Notes under the pieces: generated by a model
Told to the model about the DNA's origin: nothing
Seen by the model: the letters and a program-made list of their open reading frames with translations, nothing else
Database searches by the model: none
NCBI GenBank assembly: GCA_010405405.1
Contig: MU004232.1
Span: 2,251,481 to 2,315,480 of the forward strand
Reading direction: 5' to 3'
Source: Microthyrium microscopicum
Taxonomy: Eukaryota
Length of the DNA: 64,000 bases
Position numbers and translations under genes: made by a program
Shown here: piece by piece, positions 13,792-27,133 of the stretch
Position numbering within the stretch: the first letter of the stretch is position 1
Layout of the letters: every line of letters begins with the position of its first letter

Positions 13792-14796
13792 TAGTATTGG
13801 ATGTATTAAGATGTAGATTCAAGATCATTTATAATTGTGTGACAGTGTGAGGAAGAAGTTGAGTGGGACCTTGAAGGGTACACATCGCTGTCTCTTATAC
13901 ATGATTTCGTTGTCCTGAAAGAATTTTGAAACTCTCTTCTGCGTCAATGATTTGCACGAGTGTCGCTCATTAGCACCATGTTGAATGAGGCTGAAGCTTT
14001 GTAAAGCTGCGAAGTCGTAATGCTGCTCGCGCAATGCTCCGAAACGAGACAGATACCAGTCAGTTAGGAGAGCCAAAAGGACTCGAACATGGTGGAGCTT
14101 CTTGTTAACATGGAGTCCAAACTAATCGTGGCTGTGTTTTGCTGCAGATATGCGACTAGGGACAACTAATCTGCTTCTTGGTGAAAAGATCGAGTCGGCG
14201 AGTTCAGACTGTTCAAGGAGCGGAGTTGATCATCAATTGATCGTCAGAATGTATGAAAAGGAGTTGTCTGGCACTTCTGGTTAGAGGCGTTGCAGGGCGA
14301 CACGAGACTTGATTGGCTACGGGTGTTAGATGCGTGCAATCCCTGCCATTTTTCTTTCGCCCAATGCTTCTGTTTTGGGAATAGCGGTTCCAGTCTTCGT
14401 ACTTCCAACTTCCCGGCTTTTGGCAGCACAGCCAGCAACCCCTCCAGTAGGTCTCATGAGTTATACGCGCAAGTAACGAATCGCTAGATCGGCTTCACTG
14501 GTAGCTTATCAGACTTGTTCGAGCTCACAAGCTCAATGCGATTGAGGCTGAGGGATAGCATGGATAGTCCATCGCCTGCATACGAATGCTGCCTGCCAGA
14601 TCTATTGACTGATAAGTTAGAGCCGTTGTCTGTATTCCAGTGCAAGACTTCACGTATCACCCCCTCTCTTCGCTCTTTGCTTCCCTTTTCGTCTGAAAGA
14701 GACCCCCAGAGACTGTATACTGGCTGAAGGAACACTAGCAACCTACACTCGCCTAATAGACCTATCTAGGTAGATTGCTCACATCAGTCACGCGTC

Positions 14797-16460
14797 ATGG
14801 TCAATGTTCCTGGTCGTTCCAAAGGATGCCAGACGTGCAGGAAAAGGAAAATCAAGGTACTGCTACCACCGTGCGATTTTCTGTATGTGGTGGCTTGACG
14901 CTAACAACAGTACGCAGTGTACATTGGAACGGCCCGAGTGCGCTCAATGTATGAAATCTGGACGAGTATGTCTTGGATATCAACGTGATAGAATATTTGT
15001 GCATTCAGATGCAAACACAGTAGCCGAGAAGAGTCGGGGACAAGTCAAACCACGTGTCATCACGACATCGAGTCCATCAACAGATACGTCCTGGAGCTCG
15101 CCTTCGTCAATTGACTCTAGATTCGACCTTGAGGTTGATCCTGATGCCTCCTTGAGTCTCAGCTCCACTGCTTTGCGCAACTACGTACTTTCCGACTTTA
15201 TCTCTGGCTACAAGGGCCTCTATCAACTTAGAAACGCGAGCACTCCAAATTGGTTGAGGATCATTCCCACACATGCAAACCCTACCAAAGCTCTCGAAAC
15301 TGCAGCCTTTGCAGTATCATTGGGAACGTTAGGCGATACTCTTCAGAATCGAGACATGCTCTCTGAAAGTCTCCGACTGTATACTCGAGGGCTCAACGAT
15401 ATGCAAGCAGCTTTGTATGATCCCAAGCTGATGTATGAAGACGATACACTTGCAGCATGCATGCTTCTTGCCATGTACGAAATCTTCCAATGTCCTAGTA
15501 ACAACAGGAAGGCTTATGTAAACCATGCCAACGGCTGTGCAAAGCTAGTGCAGTTGCGGGGGCCGGCTGCTCACTGCTCCGGACTTGGTCACTCAATATT
15601 TCAGGGTTTTAGATTTATGGGTGTAAGTCTAATCACTCCTAGATATCAGATGTCTAATTCTTTCACTGTAGACCCTAGAGGCACTACTCACAAAGCATAC
15701 TTTCTTATCAGAACCCGAATGGAAAGCAATTCCATTCTCGAATCAAACAAAGAACCCAGGTCAAAAGTTGTTGGATCTCTTGCTTGAAGCTCCGGACATA
15801 TTAAAACGAGTGGAAGAGAGAAAGACAATGGAACCCGCTGAAGGGTTGAGGTTTGAAGTGAAGCTACTACAAGACTGCGCGGAAGTGGACATCAGAATGC
15901 AGGCCTTTCTCCCAGATTTTGAAGCCCACGAAGGATGCACGTTATACTGGCCGACCGTTTCGAAAAGGACGAAAATCACTGAAGACCTGGACAACAACCT
16001 TGAGACTGACGATTCCGATGGATTGCACTCGATAGCCTATGCCTTCCCTTCAATACCGATCGGGGTCAACATTATGCTCTACTGGTCGTCTCTTAGTCTT
16101 CTTTGGTCCGGAATGTGCCATTTATACGTAGAGATCGCTTCCAAAGCAACTCTAGTCGAGCTTCCAGATGGGTCGCTACTCGGCAGATTCGATGGCGATT
16201 CTTCTGATGACACTTTTACGTTACCACGCCCTACGAGATACAGAGAGTTTCCAGATATGGCACGCAAGGTTTGCCAGTCTTTCGAATTCTGTATACAGGA
16301 CGCAGTCTTCATGCCAACGATGATCGCGCCGTTTACTATCATTATCGATGTTCTAAGTGAATGGCCTGGACATGAAAGGATAATAAAATTTGCCGATGAA
16401 GCCCTGGATGAAATCAGAAGAAGCGGCATCAGGATGGTCGATCATATCAAGCGAGTTTAG
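14797..16460 (+). CDS. Zn(II)2Cys6 transcription factor with fungal_trans_2-like domain; introns 14857-14917 and 15623-15671
   Basis: Spliced MVNVPGRSKGCQTCRKRKIKCTLERPECAQCMKSGRVCLGY; LLAMYE and HANG..LVQLRGP. Confidence 0.93.
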
Positions 16461-17841
16461 ATTCCTTACATTGTATCATACAATATTAACAAGTTCGTCA
16501 AGGCAAATTCTTGACTGCCAATTTAGCGATGCCGGTCGCCAAAATTTGCTAGACCGCAGTGTATCCGTCAAGTAAACTCGTTCGCTATGAGCATGCCACA
16601 AACCAAAGAACAGGGGAACCATAACCACTCCAGACCAGATTTGAATCGCTCTTTGACGTTACACATGGTACTTTAGAAGATGATTTGAAATCACGCCAGG
16701 ACCCAATGCCTCAGTCTCAAAGCAGTCTATGGCTTCACGGCGTCCACACGTGGCAAGATGAAGTTGCCGTGCGAGACTTCGGAGGAATATCCATACGCAA
16801 ATAGGATCTCAAAAGACCCAAGTAATATTCATATTAGACAGAACTAAAAATCATGGTATGAGCAAGCCATTTGCTACAAGAACACCGTTACATGTTACTG
16901 AGATGGTGAGTGTGGACAAGACAATCATCAACCTGATGTTGCCTACGTACCTAGGCCTGTCCAGGCACTGGGCTGGACATTATTCGGATATCATCCACTA
17001 CTCATATCTTTCTTATTTCCAGCGATCTTTTCAATCGAAAAGATGTTCCTTGTAATGCGGTATGTTCCATAGCAGTTGGAAGCTAGAGTTGGGGCGCAGG
17101 TGATCCCAGTTTGAACCCCAGTCTTCCACATGGCAGCTCAAAATAACTTCCTCTTGCTTTGAACCTCGATATTCCAAGCTTTCTTTTACTAGAATGAAAG
17201 GAGTTTCTCACGTTCCTAAGAAGGTCTTATCTACTGCTATCTTTGTTCATATATGGTAGTAAATATCGCAGTGACGAACAACTGTGCTGGGATGCAGAAC
17301 TAATCATGGATATAAATGTTGAGCCAAGAATAAATATGCTGTGCTGCTCAACACGCGTTACTTAAGTGCTTACATCAACCCAAAAGTAGACCTTAAGCTT
17401 GAATCTCTCTATGCATGATATGAAACGTTAGGACTCCCTTGGTGTAAACCCATTTGGGGAAATTCCGATGCTCGCCATAAGCATTTTGGATCGTGGTGCA
17501 TCTTGCGATAGCTTCAGCCTCGATGCAATGTCTATTTTGTTATTTTTGATCACGCTCTAGGCAAGAAGTTGAAGATTTAGCAGGCCTAAGCATGTCGATA
17601 GCCTTGTACAGTCTTCACTAGCAGCATCGACGTAGATACTATTAATATCAAAGAGTATCTACTACAGGAAGAGAGTTGATGTATAAAAGAGCACAATTGC
17701 TGCCCATTTTACTCCATTCAACAGCTCAAACTTGAACTACACAAACACAACAACGACAACCTATTTCTCCTCAGTCGCAAATTCCATCATCTTATTACCT
17801 TTACACCTCTCGACTCCAGTATCTCTTATACAACCGCAATC

Positions 17842-18429
17842 ATGAAGACCAAATTTGCTATCACTGTCCTGGCCGTTTCTAGCCAGATCACTTCCGCTTC
17901 AATCATCAAGCGTGATTTCTCTCAAGCAGACGTCCAAAACTTCGTCAACACCTGGAATACCGATGTACAAAACGTCAACAACTTTCTCGACGATGTCTTT
18001 ATCGGAGGCCTCACCACTGCCAACCCTGGTGCTCTTGCAGATGCCGCCCGAAATGCTTTGACTTTTGCATCAGACGAGCCCGTCGAACTCATGAGACTGG
18101 GCAGTCTTCCCAATCTCTCCGGACAAGGAATGGATGCTGCCATGAATCTCATGATGGTCTTCGGATCTCAAGTGATTGATAACCTGAACAATATCATTTC
18201 CAATCCTACAGATAGCACCATCGTCAATAATGCTGTCACCGGTATCAACAACGTACGATGCTTCAATGTCCTACCCGACCTTTGCAACTTATGGCCAGCA
18301 TCCTTCTCTGCGGTTGGTCTTGATCCTGCCACGGCCCCTGCACCACTTTTCGAGAAAGCTTGCACTCAGATTTTTGCAGCTGCTGGCGTCACCCCTCAAT
18401 GCGAAGGAAAGGCGCCTGTTGTAGCTTAA
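17842..18429 (+). CDS. Secreted 195-aa protein of unknown function (4 Cys, Kex2-like KR site)
   Basis: Signal peptide, IIKR/D site, TATAAAA about 160 bp upstream, strong C-ending codon bias. Confidence 0.85.
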   Translation: MKTKFAITVLAVSSQITSASIIKRDFSQADVQNFVNTWNTDVQNVNNFLDDVFIGGLTTANPGALADAARNALTFASDEPVELMRLGSLPNLSGQGMDAAMNLMMVFGSQVIDNLNNIISNPTDSTIVNNAVTGINNVRCFNVLPDLCNLWPASFSAVGLDPATAPAPLFEKACTQIFAAAGVTPQCEGKAPVVA

Positions 18430-18959
18430 AGTTGTAAACAACAAACTTTTATGAATGATTCAATGATCGCCTTGGTTGCATAGCGGGCAGGTAGGATGGA
18501 ATACTTGATAGTCGTTGAGGAAGGAGTACATGATCTTTACTTGGCTTTTTGAGAAAAACATTTGATATCTGAATTCAGTTCTTTCCCATTTTAAGTTCCG
18601 CGGTTTCTACAGAATCTTCTGTTGTGGTGGCTTTGCTTGTTGGTGATTCTGTCTTCCACAATGTTTTCAGGTAAAAGGCTACTTTCGTTTACCCGTACGA
18701 AGGACAATGCAACTAATGAGGAAGAAACGTGGTGGATTTGATGTCAGTCATAATACCGTGGCGGGTGAAAACAGACAGATATCTTGCATTATGTGCAAAG
18801 TACATACCCCAAAACCATTAGACAAACTGAGTCCATACGTAACAGGACAAACGCTTCAGTCCTTCATCTCCTAAGATTTACTTTGTTACAATATAATTCA
18901 AGCTATTACCTCGACTCCATGCTGTGGCCGTTCACAAAGTTTCATCATAGCTGCTCCAA

Positions 18960-19406
18960 TCATGATTTTGAGTCTTCCGATTTCTCACTTGCACTTTCCT
19001 CGACGACCATGTCTTGTTGATGATCTACTTCATCCTTCTCAAGTCGCTCTCGGATTTGTTTCCGTGTCATAGGGTTGAAAATTGCAAGATAGAGCCCCCT
19101 AGTGATACCGGCGAGCACCGCTGTCGTTCCAAGGCCCAAAAAGGTAAGAGAACCAGGATGTATGAGGAGCTTCATGGCCGGAGTGACAACTTCTTGACGT
19201 TGATAGGTAAGATCCGGATTCATGGTTACAAGCAGTGCAACAAGTGCCGTCAATATTAGTCCAAGCATTATCATTCCCAACGCTGAAATCAAGGCTAGTA
19301 CGATGGCGATGTTTTTGGTTGTCTCTAGCACCTGAAAGCCCTGAGCGACGAGAGGGGTGACTTGATCGAATGCGGCATTGATTTGACGGGAGTAGGGTAT
19401 GCCCAT
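18960..19406 (-). CDS. Conserved-looking fungal small membrane protein (MGIPYSRQINAAFDQVTPLV...)
   Basis: Start at ACC-ATG, two hydrophobic helices and an acidic tail. Confidence 0.75.
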   Translation of the reverse strand: MGIPYSRQINAAFDQVTPLVAQGFQVLETTKNIAIVLALISALGMIMLGLILTALVALLVTMNPDLTYQRQEVVTPAMKLLIHPGSLTFLGLGTTAVLAGITRGLYLAIFNPMTRKQIRERLEKDEVDHQQDMVVEESASEKSEDSKS

Positions 19407-19959
19407 GGTGATTAATTGTCCAGTGAATGTGCCAGTACGATTGGCATATATGCACCAAAACAGCCGCGAGTTGAGGTGATCGTGATGTTCGAAAATTGTT
19501 ATGATTCTATCTTGCGCAATTCTCAAAAAAAAAAGTTATGTGACGTACTGCAGCTTAAATTAGTAGATGATGATGATATGCATATGCATGTGCAGCTCAC
19601 TTCGGTATCTCTGCGCCTTGTCCAGCTCTGAACCAACAAAGTCATTGGTCTGTAAGAATGAAACCGCAAGGATCAAACCCCCAGTCAAAGACACTTAGAG
19701 ATCACTGGTTGCCTGGCTGCGTGTTGGTTATGGTGTAAACGATAACTTACAACCTACCACTACGTACAACAAACTCTCTCATGTACTCTAGAATGACTGC
19801 TTTCTATGAATATGAGCCATGAACGGCTTCGTAACACTGTCTAAGCATGCGGCGAAGCCAACTCCTGCGCTTTCAATGCTAAGATTATTCGAACTTGGGG
19901 CGATGATCACCACTTTTCAAAGGAAACACAATGAAAATTCGATCTATGTTTTACATAAC

Positions 19960-21643
19960 CTACGTTCCCTTGACCCTGACAAACATAATAGCAATGCCCA
20001 TAACCTCGTCCCACTCTCCATCAGCATGAGCGTTGCCCTTGTTCTTATCAAAGTCATAGTACGCATTAAGATTCCAGAGTTGGCCCTTCTTCACTGACTT
20101 TTGAGCAAGTGTAGGACCATGGCACACTTTTTGTTCACTAATGTGCTTCATTCCAGCTCCACCATGGTTATGTCCACCAGCAGCGGCACCAGGGGCGGCT
20201 GCCATACCAATGTACTCGGGCTTAGTGCCGTATTCTGTCATGCTGTCGCAGACTGGCTTGCCGTCGAGCTCCAAAGTCATGCGGTTGCCACCATCGTGGA
20301 GATGTTCTGTTTATTTTAGCGCGATTGCAAAAGTTTGAGAGAACGAGTGCTTCTTACCGATTGAGCCGATGACCTCAGCGTCATAAGTCGCGTTCCACTT
20401 GTAGTTGAGTGTGAATTGGTCTACTCTATGTTAGCATTTAGATGCATCAATGCGTGAAAGTCACTTACTCTTGCCCTTGGGAGGGTTAACTTCTGATGTA
20501 CCGCACTGTCGGACGTCGAACCAGATGATCTTGATGTCATCTTTGAATGGGTGGCCATCGACAATGTCGTAAGTCATGGTCATCCACACTTGCTTGTCTT
20601 CTGGGTTCTCGTTCATGAGTTCGACCAGAGCGGCAAACTTGTCCTCCTTCTTAAGCTTGTATCCAGCATCCTTGACACCCCAGTCTGGCCATACACCAAC
20701 AGTACGTTCGTTTCCAGAAGCGAAGATGCGCTCGGAGGAGTGAGAGGTGGCACCGACTGTGACATGGGGAACAGAGACGTCGCGGTTGGCACAAGGGGGA
20801 TCCTCGCGACCTGGACCGTTGTTGAAGAGAACCATACTTTGTAAAGTTAGCTTCAAGATTATGTATATAAACGTATTGAGACGCTTACTGATGTAGCCAA
20901 AGTCCAGAATCGATGTTTGCGTTGGTTCCGTTAAGATACTCTAATCCAGCGTTCATGCCCATAATTGTGCAATCGCCTTCACATGGTCTAGGGAATGTTA
21001 GAAGAGCTCATTTCGATATGTTCAATAGAGCATCTTACTTTGCCATGTTGGTATGTGGGAAATTTGACAGCATGCCCATCTCACCCAGCATATTCTTTTT
21101 CTTGGAGCTAGGTATGCTGTAAGGTCCATATCTAACTTTGATGGTCTTTGCACCAGGGACATCGGTTCTTGATTTCATGGTAACTTGTCGCTCTACAGAG
21201 CCTGCCGGAGCGGGTATCGTTCCATATCCAGCTAGTATGAAATGTTAGTTCGTGATCATATTTGAATCCAGCGCAGCGTACCATTCATTGTCGTCGCTGT
21301 CCATGGACCAAGACCACCAGGAGCAGTTCTGGTGGCACCAAGCAATTTTGCGAAGGCTGTCAGTGAATCGGCTAGAGATTCAGGTCAGTTTATATACCTT
21401 CCAAGCATCAATGCATTTCAACATACTGGCTTTTTCTTCTCCCATGAAATGTCCTAGACCACCTGTTACACTGGCTGTTATCAAGTCTACCACTCCTCCA
21501 CTTGATGCTGAGCTCGATCCTGAGCCAAGTAAAGATCCTAACATGGAAGAAATGCCACTACTTTGTCTCTTATTTAATTCGGTAGGCACAGCCAGCGCAG
21601 TCGCCTGACTGGCCGCTAAAACGAGTGTGAGAATCTTGGCCAT
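19960..21643 (-). CDS. Secreted multi-exon protein, candidate copper type II monooxygenase (PHM/DBH-like) fold
   Basis: Signal peptide. Spliced motifs KVRYGPY, LWLHHMV, ERIFASGNER, HLHDGG and DEVMGIA. About 6 canonical introns. Confidence 0.75.
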
Positions 21644-22514
21644 TGTTCAAAGGAGTGTAAACATCAAAAAAAAGTGACAATCTTTCGGCACAGAAATGGA
21701 GAGAATCCTTCTAGAAGAAGTATCAATGTTTCCGAAGCTTCGTACTTAAGCAAGCCCCCAGCGGATGATCGATGCACATGGTAGATGGCCGATCAAGGCA
21801 CGAGCCAGACTGATTATCATGGTTGGCTCGCAGCTATTAGTTAGATGCCGATATCAAGTACGAAGGAACTCACTACTGACAAGGCCGTAAGAGGGCCAGT
21901 TCGGTTCGACCCGTATAATTTGGTCTGGTAGCTAGGGTTGTTAGATACACCCAAGCGGCTCTGAGATTGAATATATAGATTAAACTTACCCGTAAAGGGT
22001 ATACTTGGGGTTATAATAAAGCCACCCAACTCATCTCGTTCTGGGCTTTGCCCCTGGGCTGGAGTTCTCAGCGAATCAGACTCAGCTAGGTTACAATATG
22101 CTTTCGTAAAGTTATGTATTGAGCCGGGTACAAAAGTTTCCACCTAAATGCCTGGTCATCCAGGAGTATTACGTGAGGTCAGATATCTCGATATTCCAAC
22201 TTGAACCCGGATGTAAGATTAATGAATGTGAGACACACAAGCAGCCTCACAACTGGCAGAGAAAATGGCGGGAGTGCCTCCACCAAGACGATGTAGCTAC
22301 AATGCTTAGATTTCGCTGTGAGGTGGAAAGTAGAAAGTCGCGTGAAACATCAAGTAGATGCAGCATCTAAGCATTTTCTCTCTCTGAAAGACAATGCTGT
22401 CCATAATCTGTTGCGTAGACTGGCTAGTTATTCTATGCTTCAGTTGGTTCAGTAATCACAGACTGTGACGATTCAACTGCTCTGGTCTAGACATTCTTCA
22501 CGTAGTCTTTGACA

Positions 22515-23008
22515 GTGTGGGTTCCAATGAAAGAGCTCGAGAATAAGATCTTGGCTCCACTGCTCTACATAATCCGGATGACAGTACCACGCAAATGTTA
22601 ATTCCGGCTAATTTTCCTCAAGGGCATTTCCATAAATGTCGCCAATGCACTGTGTAAGCCTCGCCGAATGATCCAAGAGCAGTAGGGCAACCGTGCATTG
22701 GTGGATAGTTATATAGAGACAACTGAAACGAGCCGCCATCCTGGATGATCAGTATCGATTGCGATCCTACTAATCATGCCTTGTCATACACGAGCGTTCA
22801 GGACACAGAAAGGTCTGTCAACGATTTCATGAACGAATCTGATGTTCTGGTTGCCTTTCAAACAATATATGGCCAGATCCTTTGGCAATATCTCGAAAAA
22901 TCCGAAGAAACCGAAAAGCTGATGGAACCATACATCCCATCGATACGAAATCCGACGAAAGGACTGATGAATTCGATTTCTGAAGCAGGAGCCAAGGCCG
23001 AGGCTTGA
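22515..23008 (+). other. Possible small intron-containing gene or gene relic
   Basis: An 87-aa ORF with protein-like composition, plus upstream intron-like segments (gtacc...ctaat...aag and gtaagc). No family recognised. Confidence 0.25.
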
Positions 23009-23337
23009 ACAGCGAGGGTGACAGAATGGAGTAGACAGCCATTCAGACTCGAGATCTTATGGCGCGGGCGCATCAGGCATCGCCGAAAGTACTCGGCCGG
23101 TACTGTTAATTCGAAAGTCCTTGAGGTCCACTATAGGGAGGGATGCGGAAGAATCTCGGTGTTCTCCTAAAAACCACATTCGCATGCGCACTGAGATCGT
23201 GATATTTTCTTTATGTTGGTAAACAGAAACCTCGAAAATCTCCGAAGCACGTGTAAACCAGCTTAAAAAAGAAGAACCAGTCAGATCTTGAGCCGCTTGA
23301 GGCTCTGCGAAATGCCTAAGTTTGCAACTTACCAGTT

Positions 23338-26300
23338 TTAGATCTCTAGACCTGAAACAACTTTTTTGAGTTGTGCTACTGGCTGGCTCCAATCTTGGTC
23401 CTTGAGTGCAGCTGATGGCCTTATTATATGGAGCGTTTCAGCCGCGGTAGACCGTACCTATTTCAATGTAAGCATCTACATACTAAAAATGACCTTGATT
23501 TGACAAACCTTCGGAAATGGGTGCAGGAGCATATTCTTGATTTTCGACCGTACCGGATCCTGGATCTGTTCGACCTCTGCGAGAGCACGATAGACTTCCA
23601 ATGCAGCAAGTATCTTGGGAATGTTGCTTGTTTTGAAATGAGATTTTTGGACCAAGGAAAGTAGGTTGATAAACCTGTCTCCAATTAACACTGCAAACAG
23701 ACTCTTGCCCTCGTACTTGTTTCACTCACTTGACTTTATTCTTCCCTTGTTGAGCCAGTCTGTACGCTCCGAAGTCTCCTAGAAATGCGAGTGTCTCCAG
23801 GAGAGGCAGTGAAACTCGATCATTCTTCAAATTCTCTTGCAAGACGTCCATCCAGACAGTGAGAAAGGAGAATATCCGATCAGCTCCCTTATTCAGGTTA
23901 ACCTGTGTCAGCCAGTTTGAGAGCGCTTCCCGGGATAGCTGAATGGCAACGTCAGAGCCCATCCCGGCAGTACTACAATAGCCTTCCAAAATAGCACGTT
24001 GTATTTTAACAGAAGGCGATGAGTAGAACTGTCCTAACGTTGCTGCAAAATACGGCAGCGTGTCGACATCTTCTGCTGAGGCATTTGGAAGAGAACTGTC
24101 ATAAAAGTCAGCGAACGTTCTGGCATAAAAAAAAGGAACACACTTGTCAGGATCGCGGGCTTTCAGAGCTTTTGAAGCACCAACTCGAACTCGGTCAAGT
24201 TTTTCCAAGCTTAATCGTAATACGATGGAATATAATGTCTCGTCAGTATCTGCAGGAAAAGGCACATGAAGTCTCCAAATATCTTCAACCATATCCAATG
24301 CTTGTATGCGCACGAGTGAACCGACGTCTCCTCGCTCATCAACGGTGGTATCGTTCAGACCAATCAAAACAGCATCAGTAATGTTCTGTGCTGTTTTAGT
24401 GTATGTTTCGGAATCAGAGCATGGACTCAGAAGTATTTGGTGAAGACTTTTCAGAGCCAAGACTCGTCCCTCGACTTCAACGGGCGGAGAACAGCGAGAT
24501 ATCAAAGTACTGACAATATGCGAGTCGTCCAGTTTCTGATTTGTCATATGTGGCTGGGCAATACCAAGAGCCAGAACCAAGCCAGCCATTCGATTACCAG
24601 GGCCGGCTTCGAGCGTAAAAGCAGATATCCAGTCTTTTGTTGTTGCTTCCAAGTCCTGGATATAGGGAATCACAAGGGGTAGTGTTTGGGGGATAAGTTC
24701 CAGTACGCTTGCATCACTTCGACGAATACTTCTTTCAAACTTGTCAAGGAAATACTCAAGCCCTTCTTTTTCAGTCTCCGAGTAGTCTTTTCGTTGAGAA
24801 AAGGTGTTGCAAAGAGCGGCGACTAGCTGTAGCGTTGCACCGGCTGTAATTTCCGGTCGACGAGTTATCACGCGATAAGCCTCCGCATCTTCTGGAAGTA
24901 TATCCTTCGGAGTACTCATAACTCCGCCTAGTGCTTGCCACAGATCAGCATCAACATGCTTGGTCACCGATGCGTTGAGAAGAGAAGACATTGCCACTAA
25001 AATGCCATGGCGATCTTCCACTTTCTGCTTTGGAAGACCTTGGATATCCTCTAATAGACAATTGAGAATCACTGCAGAGGCGCCTTTGTCTGCGGCACCG
25101 AGACATGAAATACTTTCAGCCGCATGTGCTCGAGAAATCATATCAGGTGCACCTAGTCCACGCCAGCCGCGAAAAGCCTCAAAAACTGGGGTCCAGTACG
25201 ATTTGTGTAGGGTGGTAGCCTGAACAGCACGCTTCATAGCAGGACCTCTCAAGCTCACACCATGATAGTCCACAATCTGAACAAGCGCAATTCCTTCTGG
25301 GACTGAGCCTTGGTGACGGCCGATGAGCTCTTGAAGAGCAGCTGAGGAGCCGCGGCGAACATTGCCAGCCGGGTCAAGGCAGGCAGACTGAATCAATTCT
25401 ATGGCTAGAAGATGTATTGCAGATTGCTGGGAAGACGTTGTAGCAGCAGCACGAATTGTCGAAGTGTCTATTGCTTCGAGCTCCAAGGTAGTGTAACGTC
25501 GAGCGAGCGACCAGACTCCAAAATTGGCCGCATCGCGTACGTTCGTACCAATTGAAGTACCAGTTGCTGATCTTTGTTCAAATGTTAGAGCCAGAAGCAA
25601 GGCATTCAAGGTTTCCGGGAGCTTTGTGACAGGGAGCGCTCTTCTAAATAGGAGATGTGAAAGAGTCAAGGTAAGGCCGTGCCATCTCAAGGGATCGACT
25701 GCTGCCATATTTCTCTGGTCATTGTCCCAGAGCACGTCTTCACTTAGCCCTCCGAGTATAGCTTCAAGAACATCTGCGCCAGTGTCGGGGTCCAATTGCA
25801 TCGTCACCTGACTGAGTGATTTACTGGCGGCCATTCGAACGGGTGTGTCGTTGTCTCCCAAAGAAGATAGGAAAAACCCAATTGCCTCTTCGAGGGTCGA
25901 TTCTGGATCCACATTATCGATTTCTGTGCTGAGAAGCTTTATAGCTAGATGTCGGGTCATTTTGATGACAAGTTTACGCACCACAGCAGATAAACGCAAA
26001 GTCTCCAAGGACTCATCAAGCATAACTGCTTGAATGACTTCATGGATTTGTGGAATGACATGCCCAATTTCTTTGATGTTACCAGACGCCAACAAGCGAC
26101 TCAGGAACTGAAGGTTTCCTAAAGATTCGTATAGTGTTTTCCCAGCAGCTTTCCTTTGAAAGATTTGAATGACATACTTGACAATTGAATCTAGTAGTCC
26201 CAGTTTAAGCATATCTGGTCTCAGGCATAACCGTACAAGCATGGTTGCTGCTGCGTTTTGCTCCTTGGTCGGCGAATAAAGATGATTCAATACCACTGGC

Positions 26301-26920
26301 ACTAAACGTCTTGGTATCCCAGGCACATTGAGAGGGAGCTCAAGGCCTGGTAATAAGGATTTTGTTTCTTCATCTGCAGTTGAGATTGAAGCCAAATCAA
26401 ATGGCGCAAGAAGTAGCAGCGCAAGCCATAGAAGAAGGACATAACGTTCCTCCCATGATGAGGCTGATCTGTTTGCTGATGCCTTTTCGAGGGCGAGTAC
26501 AAGAGGCTCTAGGTGTTTTGGTTCGTTGTTCAAAATGCCAACAATAACTTTTTCGCCACGAATCTTACACAGCGTATACAAGACCTTCCCGATAACAATC
26601 GATATGGTAGTCTTCCAAGTTTGAGTGGGAGTAATTTGATAGCGAGCAGCCAAGCACTTCAAGTAGGCAGTCCATAACTCGGTAACGAAGAAACTGAGAT
26701 GAGGATCAAGAAGTTGAGGGTCGGCTTGGAAAGGTTCGATTCTCTGGAGTAGTCGACCTAGGTCTATGTGCTTGACATACCGATGGACCTTTTTTTCACC
26801 ATCTGGCCCAGCCCTTTTCCAGAGGATGACTTCAAGAAGTTCGTAGATGCTTTCGATCAGCTCACCTGAAGCTCGTGTGAGTTTGAGATCTGCATCAGCA
26901 TCGGCGTCAATATCCTGCAT
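23338..26920 (-). CDS. TBCD: Tubulin-folding cofactor D; introns 24096-24143, about 23676-23730 and about 23458-23504
   Basis: PFQADPQLLDPHL, LLLWLALLLLAPFDL, VRDAANFGVW, NVRRGSSAALQELIGR, DERGDVGSLVR and LLHPFPKVR. Confidence 0.95.
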
Positions 26921-27046
26921 TGGAGTATTTCTCGAGCTTTCACGATTTTTAATCGAATTTGTGGAAGATTTCGAACGATAATTCTAAGATTGTTTCCAAG
27001 ATTAGGCAACTAGAGAGTCAAAGTTGTAACCCTAGACCTACAAGCA

Positions 27047-27071
27047 TCGCGACTTTTTGACGCGACGCGAC
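27047..27071. promoter_or_regulatory. Clustered CGCG / MCB-like boxes in the TBCD-POL32 divergent promoter
   Basis: TCGCGA...GACGCGACGCGAC about 65-85 bp upstream of a DNA replication gene. Confidence 0.65.
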
Positions 27072-27133
27072 TTCAAGCCTTCAATGGATATCCTACCATG
27101 AACATTACAACCTAATTCTGAGCCTCTGCAAAA

